Shown here: one piece after another, positions 12,069-24,796 of the stretch
How the letters are laid out: every line of letters begins with the position of its first letter
How positions within the stretch are numbered: the stretch's first letter is position 1
Source: Trypethelium eluteriae
Taxonomy: Eukaryota
Direction of reading: 5' to 3'
Assembly: GCA_051942245.1 (NCBI GenBank)
Contig: JAVECL010000111.1
Location: 1-51,155, forward strand
Length of the DNA stretch: 51,155 nt
Translations under genes and position numbers: made by a program
Notes under the pieces: model-generated
What the model was told of the DNA's origin: nothing
Databases searched by the model: none
Seen by the model: only the letters and a program-made list of their open reading frames with translations

Positions 12069-12252
12069 GGGCGTTTCCTAACGGTAGTCTGCCGAAAACT
12101 ACGAAAAATTTGCTTTTATGGGCGTAATTTTTAGCCTAACCCGTGTCAACACTATCTTAACACAGGCATTAACACAGGGTAGGCTGAGAACTACGCTCAT
12201 AACAGCAAATTTTTTTGTACTTTTCTGCAAACTACCGCTTAGAACCCCCCCC
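12069..12252. repeat. Foldback element 2 (long imperfect inverted repeat)
   Basis: Left arm 'cggtagtctgccgaaaactacgaaaaatttgcttttatgggcgtaatttttagcctaacccgtgtcaa' aligns to the reverse complement of the right arm 'ttaacacagggtaggctgagaactacgctcataacagcaaattttttgtacttttctgcaaactaccg'. Confidence 0.8.
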
Positions 12253-12544
12253 CCCCTGCCCCCGTAAGGTAGACAAAAGGTCAATTTGAAAGATTTCCTT
12301 GGTCTCCTAACCCTGTCCGTACCACCAAACGCAAGCCTGAAATTCAAGCCTAGTACCCGAGTACCGCCGAAAATTAAAGATGATTATAATCTGTGCCACC
12401 AAAGAGTAAGAAAAGAATGAGCTAGATGCTGTGCCTCATCAAGCCCTATCAGCCTTTGCTCACCGCCTGTAGCACTCAAATTCTATGGTAGTCCAATACT
12501 CAATTTCCAAAATAGCTCACAAGTCCTATGCATCATACGCACAA

Positions 12545-12723
12545 GTAATCTTGAATCCGGGTCAGTAACGTAACAGACCTTGCATAGGTTCTGTAGGTCA
12601 GGATTACGCAACGCCTGCTTTGTTGACGTGTCTCAAAACATCACTCGGTATAATAACAGCCTCGTTCTTATCAGAGTCCGGGTCTCTGAAAATTCCGCCT
12701 TGGACTGTGATGATTGTTAGCTG
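12545..12723 (-). repeat. Left copy of a ~180-bp inverted duplication (partner 37756-37933)
   Basis: Its reverse complement matches 37756-37933, roughly 90% over the core by eye. Confidence 0.9.
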
Positions 12724-13797
12724 GAAAAATTGATATAGCCGATGTTGCGGAACTTACAAAGAGCAACAAGGCGGAGATTTCCCTGACCGTCTTTTGTATA
12801 CATTCCTGCGCCAGAAATGCCGTACCAACCGGTCACAGTATGACAGACTTTGCGTGAATTCTGATGTGGCATCCATTCACCAACACTGATTACTCGAAGG
12901 CCTGGTGCAAGTATGCGTGGGTGTGGAAGCGCCATATTTTCATTCAGTTTTTGACAGACAAGATTCGCGCTTCCTCGCCAGCAATTGATACAAGAACAAT
13001 CATGAATACCAGGATCTGGATGATTTTCTATTGCTGTGGCGGGTTGTGAATTATAACCAAATGCCATAACTGTGCCGGAAAGAGATGTTCCATTGTCAAG
13101 GATAGTCGCTGGAATGATAGCCTGGGCAGGACTCCTGGGTTCCTCACCACTGCATGTTATGAAAATCGCGAAATCTTTATTTCCACCAGGGTCGTTGTAG
13201 TCGTGGAACAATTCACATTTAATTGGTGAACCTGAGCCTAAATCACCAGTCAAAGTTGTAAAAACTTCAGCTGTTGTATTTTTGGCAGTAGCAGTGGTTT
13301 TTGTATCCTTGTTGAAATGGGATACTGTTAGAACAACATCGCGAGTTGGGCCCCTTATCCAGATACCAGAAAGCTCTGTTCTTTCATTGGAACTGGTAAT
13401 GCTAAGCTTGCACGCTGACAAGCTGTAAGGGCGAAAACGAGTCATCGCCTGAGAGGAAAGTTTAGTTAGTAAATTGAATAGCTTGAAGTTAGAAAATGGA
13501 GTCTACCTGCTGAAGGGACTCCCCGGTATCCCTAATCAAGTCCAGCTCCGACGTGTTCTTGCTGCTTTGAAGTTGTCCGTCATCTTGAACTTCAAAGCAG
13601 CGTGACCAGTATCGTGCAGTTCTGTTCTGATGGGCACAAGGACCACCAAAATTAGACGATGAAACCATTGATAGGGGTATAGAAGGCGGCTGATATGGTA
13701 CTGCCGGGAAAAGGCCGATACCAGAAGAGGTCTGTCTTGAATGACTATTCTGATCCGAAGAGATATAGTTGGCATCTGGAGTAGAAGAAGGCGACAT
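12604..13797 (-). CDS. Trypsin/chymotrypsin-fold serine peptidase-like protein without a signal peptide; exons 13797-13507, 13448-12758, 12704-12604
   Basis: GT-AG introns with CTAAC branch sites join three ORF pieces in frame. Triad-like motifs occur in order: VLTVSH, KDFAIF, GWYGISGAG, followed by LRLVALFQGG. Confidence 0.6.
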
Positions 13798-14599
13798 GAC
13801 GGGCTAGATTTAGTATTTGTAGTTCAAACACCTATCCCACTCTTATTGTCCTCTCTTTCTTTTGTTTCTAATTAAACGGTTTCTCATACAGCAATCTGTA
13901 GAGCATTGGCCTTTGTGATTGTTTGGTGAATAAGTGAAAAAGGTGGTGTACGACTAAGTCATGAAGCGCTTTGTCTCGAGTTTCAGTAAATAGGTTGTTT
14001 TAGGATTGGAGAAGAGTTCCCTGCCGGATGCCTTATATTGATCAATGGATACTGAGTTGGAAGAGGAGACCTGCATACGAGTGTCTTGCTTTTATATTAT
14101 TATGTGATCAGTGGTCACCAGAGTGGATCTTGTTGAAAGAGTATTGAGACTGAGTTGATTGGTTGATTGGTTGATTGTGTTTATGGTGTGGAATCTAAGT
14201 CTCGGAGCCACGGAGGATCGTGAATGAATCTTGTCCCACCCGCACCTCGTACGGGAGCGGCTTCCTCTAAGAGACCTAGCCTAAGAAACAGAAATACATT
14301 GGAGGAATGCAGCTACATCTGACGTCCGAAGAATGAAGCGAAGTCCGAAGAATGAATAACATCTAAAGAATGGACTGCGACTCGAAGATGGAAAGAAAAG
14401 TAGCGTATTTACTGGAAATAGATGTATGATACATTTCGGTTATCTAACGCTTTGTAAGACTGTCGCAATGCACCCATTCAACGTATGCCTTCCTTGACGA
14501 GTAAATGACTGTACTGACCGAGCTTGCTGTGTTTCGACGTTGATGACGGAGTACTTTGCTGTCTTGCAGTGCCTCCCTACAGCGATCCTCCAAAGTGGT

Positions 14600-15142
14600 G
14601 TGAGTTGGCCAAAGCTCACAGCCCTTACTGCAGCTGCACAGAAGCAGCAAATTTGGTGCATAAATTCTGCACAACTCCATATGCACACATGTGCACATAC
14701 AGTTCTGCTCCGGACCTCCCCTGTGCTTTACACAATGTTTGTACAACTCCTGCACAAAAGGAAGAAGAGGCTGAGGTGAATAAGATAAGAACGGAAAAAC
14801 CTTTCATCCAGCAGGATAAAAGATAATCTGATTGGACCTTTCTTCAAAAGCCATTTTATTCCGGACCTTAGACTTGTCTAGCTTTCAAGAATCGTCCTTA
14901 CAGGATTTGATAATCTTTGTGATCGAACGCAGACAGTCACTGTTGTATGAACCTCTTCCGGTATACAATGTTCTCTCTGATTGCTTACGAGCTTCAGAGA
15001 AAAGATCTACCTTACGGGCAAAATCTTTCACACGGCTGCGATGACCCTTCAGCTCCTTGGCAGCTTTATCAAGTCTTTTGCCGACACCAAAGAAGATTCC
15101 AGAGACTTGCAGTGCAAGCGGCGCAATTTCTAGTCCAGACAC
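14600..15142 (-). pseudogene. Possible degraded gene with a SesA/HeLo-like N-terminus
   Basis: '(V)SGLEIAPLALQVSGIFFGVGKRLDKAAKELKG...' resembles the MSGLE-type helical N-termini of fungal STAND-associated domains. It starts with GTG and hits a stop after 85 codons. Confidence 0.3.
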
Positions 15143-16383
15143 AGTGATTGCGCAACCAGGAAAATTAGAGAAGTAACGTGAGTCAGCTAGGATAAAGAGA
15201 AAAACAGAACTAGGCTGAAAACTGGGTGCCTAGAAGATGGTCATCTCTGAAAACTGTAAGTAAGAACCCTTCTGAATGCTCCTAGTCACGCTTGGATCAT
15301 GTAGCTTGATATTACTGCAGCTCATCTATCGGAACGCGGGAGACAGTTGTTGGCTTCGAAGGAATTCGCTGAGGCTTCTCCTCTCTTAGGCGCAATCAGC
15401 CCTGGCTGCACGGTATCGTAGGGTGACGTACGACATGTACAAGAGCTGTAATCGGTGAAAAGGTCTTTTTCTCCGACCACGAGAGCTGACACTCTACCAA
15501 TTAGATACTTACACTGTCCCCGTTCGTATCGCGCATTCTCCTGCAGATTTTTGAGACGGCAAGTGTAATCTGAGGCTGCGCAGCGTGACTAGCTGGGTGA
15601 CTTCCCAGCAGTTTTTGCTTCGAATTGATGTTCCAACCTTAACCCAGACATGCATTTTGAAACCACAATTGAAGCAAAGACAACTGCATTACTGCAATAG
15701 GTATGACGAAAAACCCTTTCTATGCTGAGATCTTTTGCCAAAGTGAGCAGCTTGTTGTTACCCATTTGAGCATGAATGGATTTTTCCCTTAGCCACGCTC
15801 AAAACTTTTTTGTAGGACGGGGCGGTGGCCTCACATACGATGAAGCCTTGCCAAATGTTTTGAGCGAGGCTAGAGTACGTACCTTGCCTCACCTCAACTT
15901 CCTCCTGCTCAACATCTTTCGCTTTGCAGGTCTCATCCCTGCAGCTGAACATGTAATTACCCAAACATCCAGTGCGGCCGAACGAGTTACCATCTGAGCT
16001 GAAGAAAGCCTTATCAAGAAGTTAGTTCGTGTCTATGATCATTTTTTTCGCCGTTTTCGATGTCTAGCTATCCTCAGCCACTTGTAGGAAGCGCATTGTT
16101 GTCTTCTAAACCATGCGAGCATAGTGATTTCAAAGCTTCTCAGATGGTATCATGGGCTAGCTCGTCCGACGATGTGCCACAATCTCTCAAGAACAGAGCC
16201 ATTTGACTCAAGATAAAAGCATTGGCTCAGATCCAACGTTGTCTATTGTTCTCGACACTAAATCTTCCCGAGCATGTGCACGCAGACACAAACAGGATAC
16301 TGGCTAAGACATCTTCAAAAAACCCCACTCATTTTCTACGACACCTGAAGTTCCTCCGCTTTTAACATTCAGTAGCTCATCGC

Positions 16384-17431
16384 TCATAGCCACCTTTGAT
16401 CCCCCTTATGACTCACGAACCTCCCTCCATCCCCTTTTTCCACACTCTTCTCCTCCAGTACCCGCATAACCATCTCCACGCTCGTCTGGGGACTGATTGG
16501 GCCTGAGAAGTCTGGCGCGTACTCCTTGAACTGCGCTGCCATCGCCTTCCCACCCTCGATCTGCTCCGGCGTCGGCGGCACTCCGCTCTCGTCAGTGGCG
16601 ACCACCCCAGGGGAGATGGAGAGAAATAGGATGCGGGAGGAGAGCGGAAGGGAAGGCGCAGCGTAGAGGGCGTTGTATTTAGCGGTCAGGGCGTTGAGAG
16701 CGGCTTTGGAGATGGAGTAGGGGGCTCCAATGGGGATGTGGAAGTCGTTTATCAAGTCTATTGCAGTGCAAGTCATCTCTGTTAGCTGAGGAAAACAAGG
16801 GAGAAAAAAGGAGATGAGGAAGAAGTGGGAATTGGAAGGCGATTGTACTCACCAATGTCAGCCATGCCGGTAGAAATGTTGGCGACTTTCTTGGCAGTGC
16901 CGGACTGAAGGAGGGGGATAAACGCGTTGATGGTGTGCGTTACACCGACGACGTTGCTGCGGAAAGAGTCGAGCAAATCGGCCTCGAGGGTCTCAGGGTC
17001 GTCGTTGCTAGAGATATTTTGATGAGTCTTAGTCTCTGAACAGCAATGCAAAGGGTAGTGTCTCACAAATCTCCCAAGGTCTTGAAGGCGCTGATGTGAC
17101 TGAGAAAAGCAGCATTATTAATCAAGTAATCCAGCTTTCCCCCCGTTATCTTCGTCGTCTCGTCTGCAGCTTTCTTCAAGGCTGTCCTATCCGTGATGTC
17201 CGCCTGAAGAATGGTGATGTTATTGACACCATCAGCGACGAGGCGGGAACGAGTTGATTCAGCATTTCGTACAAGACCGATGACGGTATTACCGGGGATG
17301 GAAGCGAGGTGAACGATGAAAGCGTACTGTTATCGTTCTATCGTAAGTACTTAGGAATTCTTGCACAAAGGTGGATAGAAAGTACTGACACCTAGTCCAC
17401 GGCTTGCACCTGTGACCACATAAGAAGACAT
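16384..17431 (-). CDS. Short-chain dehydrogenase/reductase, 4 exons
   Basis: ATG at 17431: MSSYVVTGASRGLG (TGxxxGxG), 'LDYLINNAA', 'NISTGMA' and catalytic 'YSISK'. Three GT-AG introns keep the frame intact. Confidence 0.9.
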
Positions 17432-19578
17432 GGTGCTTATAGTCAACCAATTAAGCTAATCAGGAGAAGAAGATGATCGTTGTGTGAGTTTGGCGAAGAT
17501 GTTGCTTTCTCGTAATGCCCGAAAAATCTAGACTGCTTGTAATTGACGCAGCTACGACAGAGAGACAATGGGCCTTAAATACTTCCTCCACATCCCGCTC
17601 ATCGGAATAAAATTCAGAGATCCAGCTGAACAGATCTTTGGAATGTTACGAGATGCGATAACGGTTTCTAAGCTCCGCGATAAAGCGGCGGCACATGGCG
17701 GATACATCCGAAGTAGAAAAATGGTGTAAACTAATCATTGCTTCCTTCAACTCAATATTTGTAAGCTCTATAACCAAAAACGTAATTCTCGGATGGAAGT
17801 CCAGCGACTGAGTGACTTGTACTTACGTAAGTACTTCTAAGATTTCCCCTTTTCTCTTCTCTCACCTTACCCCTATCTCAGCCTCTTGTCTCAGCCCTCA
17901 TCATAACTGTCTTGAATTTGGCCTTTCATATTCAATCGTACTATCCAAGAAATTAATTAGCTGGTAATTGAATGTTGTAGTAATATCTGCCTTCAATTTT
18001 GATAGAAAAGTGATTAAAATATAGTAAGAGGCAGAGAGAAGGAAAAGATGAGATGGCTAGTGCCCACTATTTTTGGCTTCCGGGGTAAAGCAGCACCAAA
18101 ATCTTAAAGCAGCGATACTATCGGATCGCAAAGCTCCCCCGCTCCGAAGCACCTAGTCAATACCCCAACAAAATCAGGAGAGCGACCACGAACCCAATCT
18201 CCACGAGAGATCGTATTTTCTCTTCTGCTCGACTTGCAGTGATTGCATTACATATGCGCGTACTCCCTAACCCGTGAATGGGGCGATTCCAGTAAGAATA
18301 CCAGTCATGGGACTGTCGGCTTATACTGCCCTTAAAGATTTTTTGAGAAGGTTGTTCTTCTAGTCCACAATTTTGACCATGACACCCAGTCCAAGCGCGG
18401 GCTAGAGTAAGTAAAGACCAAGTGGAACTCACGCCACTGGAATTTCGTAGTCCAGTGATGATTCGAAGGCATTCTGCACATCACTCGACTGAACTCGTAC
18501 GATTTTGGCTATATTTGGAAGTTCACGGTGCCTGTGCTCCTTTGTTCACTACTCTAATGACGTAGTATTTATTGGATTTTCGTATCTAGTCTCAGGCAAT
18601 TGTCTTCACTGCCGCAGGTCTGAGCTTATGCTATAAAAGGATGCCAGAGAAGAGAGGGGACGATCAAGGAAGGTCGGTTTAAGCAAGGAAAGATACAGGA
18701 GAGAGTTGGGCGGAGGTGAATCGAAGAGTTCATAGATATACTTCATTGTGCGAGCAGAGATATTATACCAGCTACTCCGCCAATGCAAGACTTCAGACAC
18801 GGTCGTTATGCTTGCGCACAAACAATCACGCTATTCTTTGAGCAAAGCTTCACCGGCTCTCTACCAAACCTCCACTCAAATTCCAGAGCTTATCTTTGTT
18901 TGTGGAGCTGGTAGCGTATTCCTTAGCAGGAGCAGCTTCACATGCCACCATGAGTGCCGGAGCCTCATCTGTCAGATGTCGGTCTCGCAACTTGTATTTT
19001 GTACGGGGAGATAAAGTGTGACCTGTCAAAAACGGATCTAACGCTGCCAAGAGCACTGTGGTGCAACCTTGCAGTAAAGTTCGCGGCGTCCGTGGCGGTA
19101 AATTGTTTCCTATTGAAGCGAAGAATGAGCATCCTTCTATGCAATGATTTTGGCTGAGCAGAACTTGCCTCTTTTACGAGAGACCACGAGCTTGTAACGC
19201 TCCATGGAGAGCGGCACACCCACGTCACAGTCATCCAGGAGTTCGCCCCCAGAGATGAACTCAGGATGTACAGCAGAAGCCGTTGTTCCCCGAGGTTTGT
19301 ACTCGCTGAAACACTGCCAGGACGCCACCAAGGGCAGGCACAGAAAGTAAGCAGCACTCATATTTTCATTGCAGATAACAGTATCAAAGCGGCTACTATG
19401 TACTGCGAGTCATTACATCGAATCTTTCCAATTCATTAGCAATTCTTACGAGAACTTGCGTGACTTTGTGATTGGACTCGGACTAATTGTGGTTCTTTAC
19501 AACGAAGGGATCTCATGAGCCAATTTCTATCGTCTGATGAAGGAGATAGCTCAAGTCTAGGAACGGAACCCTCGTAGT

Positions 19579-20696
19579 TCATTCAATATTCTTGTATCGC
19601 TTGGTAGTCCTACTCCAGAGCTCGTTGCCGCTCATTTGATATTCGAGACCTCGAATGTAAAGCTCTAGCGCCGTGCTATATTGCCCATTTTCCTCCGCCA
19701 AAGATCTTGCCAATTTCTCATGCGTCGCCTCATATTCTCGACACAAGGTCCAGAGTACATGCTTTGCTGCGTCGTAAGATATTCGGGCTTCCGATGATAG
19801 TATGTTCACGGCAGGACATAGCGTACTTCCTTCATGTGCTGCCATTGAAGTCTTCAGTTCCTTTTCGAAGCTAAGTATGTCATTGACGATCGAGATATGA
19901 CGTCCGACATTCAGTTCGATTTCCCTTACTGCCTCCAAGTCCGAGGACTTCAATTCAAGAGACATAGTGTAGCGCATAAGCGAAGCCAGTAGTCTACTCA
20001 AAGCGCTATATTAGCAAGAAAACGGAAGGTACCTCGATTTTGACGAGACTCGCGCTTGTCCCACGTCTTTCTGGCGATAATCAAGATACTGGCCTAGCTG
20101 ATGCATGTTGAGCCTGGCCCTCGATGTTTGAGCCCGCATGAAAAGGAAGACTGGTTCCTGTAGCTCATCTGCGCGATTTTTGTCACACTTGCGCATCTTC
20201 TGCCATAAAGCGAACATCATCCACTCTGCTGGGAGAGCGGAGTCTGGTGCGGAGTCGCCTCGACACATTTCCATCAGGCGTTGATTGTAAAGCGCACCTT
20301 CGGAAAGTGATAAGCCTTCGAGCTGGTCTAAGCCTCATAAGCCTAGTGTAGCATTTTGATAAGCATTGAGACCTCACCATCAATAAGAAACAATATGGTC
20401 AAGAGTTCGCACGCGTGAGAGATTCTTTCGTCTTTCGCGAGTGGGAAGTACAGGCACGTAACTTTCGGAAACTCGGCGCCGACAAATTTTGTCCGAGCCT
20501 TGTCATCTGGAAATGGCCAGAACTTAAGGAAATACTCATTAACTTCTTCGGAAACTTTTTCGACCAGTGGATGACAGTGAGCAGACCAGTTACTGGACGG
20601 AAATGACCATTGGTTTAATCGCTGTTGGTCTATGCCCCGTAAATCTGGAAATTTTTCCGGCAATCCTCCTGGCTGCAGTTGTACTGTAGCTGCCAT
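19579..20696 (-). CDS. Sesquiterpene cyclase, aristolochene-synthase-like; exons 20696-20378, 20327-20054, 19993-19579
   Basis: Spliced product has 'LFLIDDQLE' (DDxxE), 'YRQKDVGQALL', NSE motif 'NDILSFEKE' and C-terminal 'YQMSGNELWSRTTKRY'. Intron 2 needs a GC donor. Confidence 0.88.
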
Positions 20697-22974
20697 GAAG
20701 ATGGAACTTCTCGTCGAGCAAAGGTTATCAAGTCCAGTATTTTGATGTGTTGACCTTATAGATCAATAAGTAAATCCCCTTGATTGAGTTGTTGATTGGG
20801 CGACGAGCTTGAATTGTTATTTCTGTCTGGAAAAATCCTTAGTGGTTACTGCTTTTCAATCTTCTAATGATGTAGATATGTGCAGAGATATTCACTTATG
20901 GGGAACAAGAAAAAGTAAGCAACACACCTCTAACGTATTTTCGCATTCACTGCGCTCACAAGAATGAGATACAGTGCTGACTTTTCAATTGAGATTACCG
21001 GTGCCCTTGGAGCTACATACGGTGACAAACTTCATTTGGCAACACAGCAGTCGATGCTCAGCTTTCTCGACAAGTCAACATTCGTTGCTATACCCAAAAT
21101 AGTAAATTCCGAGAATGCAGAATGAGCTTACAAGCAAGCCATTCTCTGTCACAGAATTTCCAGATTTGCACCAGAGGAAATCATAGACGAAGTGATATAG
21201 AGGTAACGTGACTCCCATAGGTCTTTACTTGATCAGTACTAGAGACGTCACGACCGATATGTTGCTCACCTACTGAGTCTGCAATACCTATACCAAACAA
21301 GATTTCACATTGTTCTGTAGTTCTCAACCACGTAAGGCAATGCTATAATCCATGTGACCAACAAGTTCAAGTAGATGGTCTGATAGGCAGAGTGGATGAA
21401 GAAGAGGAGGCCGATCAAAAACAATACAAAAATGCAGCTCTTGGCAATCCCGGAGTTCTGCACCCAGCGAAGCACTGACACCGAACAAGCTACAAGATTG
21501 ATGAGACCATGGTACCCCAGAAAATCTAGCGGGTAGCAAAGCTTCACCGGAGGTAGACACTGGGGATTCCCAGAGAAATTCCTCAAGCCGAGAGAGTTGG
21601 AAAGTTCTTAGAAACACAATCTGTCTTGGTTGAGGGTTGGCGGACAGAGATCAGCGCTCTTCTTCCTGCTTGCATCGGCTTTGCGCTGTCTCTGCGGCGC
21701 TCGTAGTCTCGGATTTCAGTCGTTGACGACCCCATTAGTTGGAGATCTGATGGTGTGTACCGTATTCAGGTAGCACAAATCCAATATGCGAGCAGCTAAG
21801 GTCCAATCGCCATTGAACACCGATCTACATTCGAGAAATCGGATTTGAATTATTGCTGCCCGTCTGCTGTACATCCTTTTGACACAATTAGAGGAAACGT
21901 GTCTGCTTCTCGGCAAACACCAGATATAGAGAAACTCCGCGCGTTCCGTGCCGTCCACTTAGATGGCGTGAGGATGGTACAAATCAGCAGCTGACGGGCT
22001 GAATCTGTTGGTCGGAGAGTGGTACCTGCTCATTGGTTTAGAGCAGGAATCTTACATATATCTCTATTCGCGAACCGCACCGAAAGCAGAAGGCGCTATA
22101 AGCTCATTAGAATATCTTGTCAGATACTTGCTCTCATTGCTGCGGGAGACGATGGAATTGAGACGTTATTAGCAGTCTCCGCATTACTCCGGATTCTACC
22201 GTAGCGACAATATCCCTGCCTGCTTGTTGCCCTGCATAAGTCTTGGAAAATCTCTCTTTCCCTTCCTTATCTCTGTTCTTTGTTTTTCTATCAGATATGC
22301 GAGCAACTCGCTACAACGACACGGTTCGCTGGCTGGTAGACGCGCCTAGATGACGATATCGTGGTTGCTCTGGAAAGGCTTGTGATCTCCAGCTCGCGTT
22401 CCTCAACGCCAGAGTCTGTTCTGGCCCTGCGGGTCCAGCTAATAAGCCGGAAGCACTGACGAAAGCACCCGAATTTCTACCGTACGGCACCCCATGCGTT
22501 CGTTCCCGCAGCTCTGCGAAAATCTCTGGCTCCCTCCGAGCCCAGCAATGCATGAATCGCTTCCTCGAATAGTCTGATGCATCCATTCAAGCGCCATGGC
22601 TGCTTATCTTCACGACGGATGCATATTGCGAATCAGCCTTGATATGACTCGAGCACGACGTTGCGAATACGCCGCTTGCTTTCCCGGATTAACACGGGAC
22701 ATAGGTCTCACGCAGCAATGCATCGGTGATGAAGCTTATTCAACGTATCTGCGGGATGGCCAACCAGCATTTATCGATGTTAGAAGGTATCGGCGTGCTA
22801 AAAATCGAGCACCATTAGCGGAGCAATTGGTCTGTGTAAACACTTGAGTGGTGTAGATCGGTCGATTGACTCTTCATACTCCGATTTATTTTCATTCTGG
22901 GAATACGTGCTACTTGCAAACCCAGGAGATCTAACCTGCAGGTTCGGGATCAGGATCCAGTGCCTGCTGTTACC

Positions 22975-24483
22975 ATGTTTGCAACGTTGAGGTGTACAAA
23001 AGACAACTTCTTCGTCAAAAATTCTCAATACCAGACACCTGGGACTGCATTCAGACCTCGGAACTTAGCTTGCAAGAACTGTCGGGAGAAGAAGGTGAGT
23101 CCGTTCTTGGGCACTATACTAGAAGCTAGAATTTACTGCTCACCAGCCTCCGTCAGCTTCGATGCTCAAGACAGAAGGATGGCTGTAATGCTTGCAAAGA
23201 AAACAACATACAATGCATCTACAATAAGCAAGCTAGCAGAAGAAGATCGAAGCGACGTGCTCAGTCTCCGAAAGCTCTCACGGACACAGCTAGATCCCAG
23301 TCCCCTGCAGGGGCACGCAATCTCTCGAACGAAACCCAGCAATTGCTTGGAGCTAGCATGGACACCGCAAGCTCTATGATCGAAGACGACGCTCGTAATG
23401 ATGACGCGATCATATCAATATCGCTATCGACGACTAGTGAACATGTAGATCCACTGGAGGACCCTCATTCTGCCTTTCCGGAGAGTGATCCATTCCCCGA
23501 AGAACAGACGCGACCTATAAGACCTAGGCTAGACTTCGAATCGATATCCACGGACACGGCCGATCAAATCTTGTGCGACTCGCATGATATTCTCAACGGC
23601 GCCTCAGATGATACAGGTATTGGGAGGACTGAAATATCCATGCAGATGTTTTACTGATTTAATGTACATAGCCCTGCATTGGTCGCACTCCGCTGAGTCC
23701 ATCCTTCCCTCCTTGTCTGACTTCTGTTACCCAGGCAGTCACAAGGAAACTATCATACCGACATTGAGATCTCCAATCACATTTTTAGAGCAGGCCGTGT
23801 TCAGATCAAGTCCAGTACAAACGAACGGCGAACAGAATGTTACCAATTCTTCAGACTCCAGGGCTTCTTCGCACAACGGAACCGACAAGTCTTCGCTCGT
23901 GGATTGTCGGTCATCCCCCTTCGGGCGAGACTGTATGGCAAACGCTCTTAACACCTTCGAAGCGGTGGAGGTTAAAAAAAGCCGACAAAATAAACTTCCT
24001 CTGGACCAACTACTCTCTTTCAACAAGAACGCCATCACAAAGTGCAAGATCATGCTCAGCTGTCAATCATGCAATTATCCGCCTGGGTTCAACATGTTAT
24101 TAATCACCATTCTTCGAGGTCTCACCTCACTGCTCCAACGGGTCTCTGATACCCTTAAGGAGAACTCTTGCAGCCGGAGTCTCTCCCATGCTACGTCACT
24201 AGATGGGTGCTCCCCGCGCCAGGGTCTGGTCGATGGATCGCTTCCGAATGTCGGCCCGAATGCGCTCGGTGGATACATCATCGATAGCCACGAAGAGCGA
24301 GACCATGTATTGTGTACCCTGGCCTCTCTACAAGTCAATGCATTTGCACTTTTGGCGCATCGAGTAAAAGCAGAGGCAATTGCATGGAATCGTGCAGTCC
24401 ATCATGAGATGATCAGTTCTATGGAGGACTGCTTCGCGGACATTCGCTCGACATTGAGACAAATACAGCAGACCCTATCGTGA
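22975..24483 (+). CDS. Zn(II)2Cys6 pathway-specific transcription factor (AflR-like architecture); exons 22975-23094, 23157-23616, 23672-24483
   Basis: Splicing yields C-KN-C-REKKLR-C-SRQKDG-C-NA-C-KENNIQ-C. The C-terminal region includes 'CKIMLSCQSC' and 'LGGYIIDSHEE'. Divergent from the terpene cyclase. Confidence 0.85.
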
Positions 24484-24796
24484 ACTACTCAACGCGATGC
24501 ATCAGGGAGTGACATTATACATTGGTTACCGTCATACAGCTGAGCACCCATTTCTTCACCAGTCTACATATACAGGCATGAGACTTCTCCAGCGACAGCT
24601 TTACAGGACTTGAGCTTTCACTAAGTATAATATTTTAAAAATAGTCAGGAAAGAAGTATAGATCCAAGAGCTACCTGTAGAGTAGTATCTCCTATTCATA
24701 CTCTGTAGAACCCGGGAGTCCTCAAGGACTTCTTAAGCCTTGGATGTCGGTGGCCCATACGTTCTGCCGTCTTCCGATGATAGAATTGCCAGATTA

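Noticed and set aside
17819..17834. 16-bp perfect palindrome GTACTTACGTAAGTAC
   Set aside because: Isolated and short, with no supporting context.
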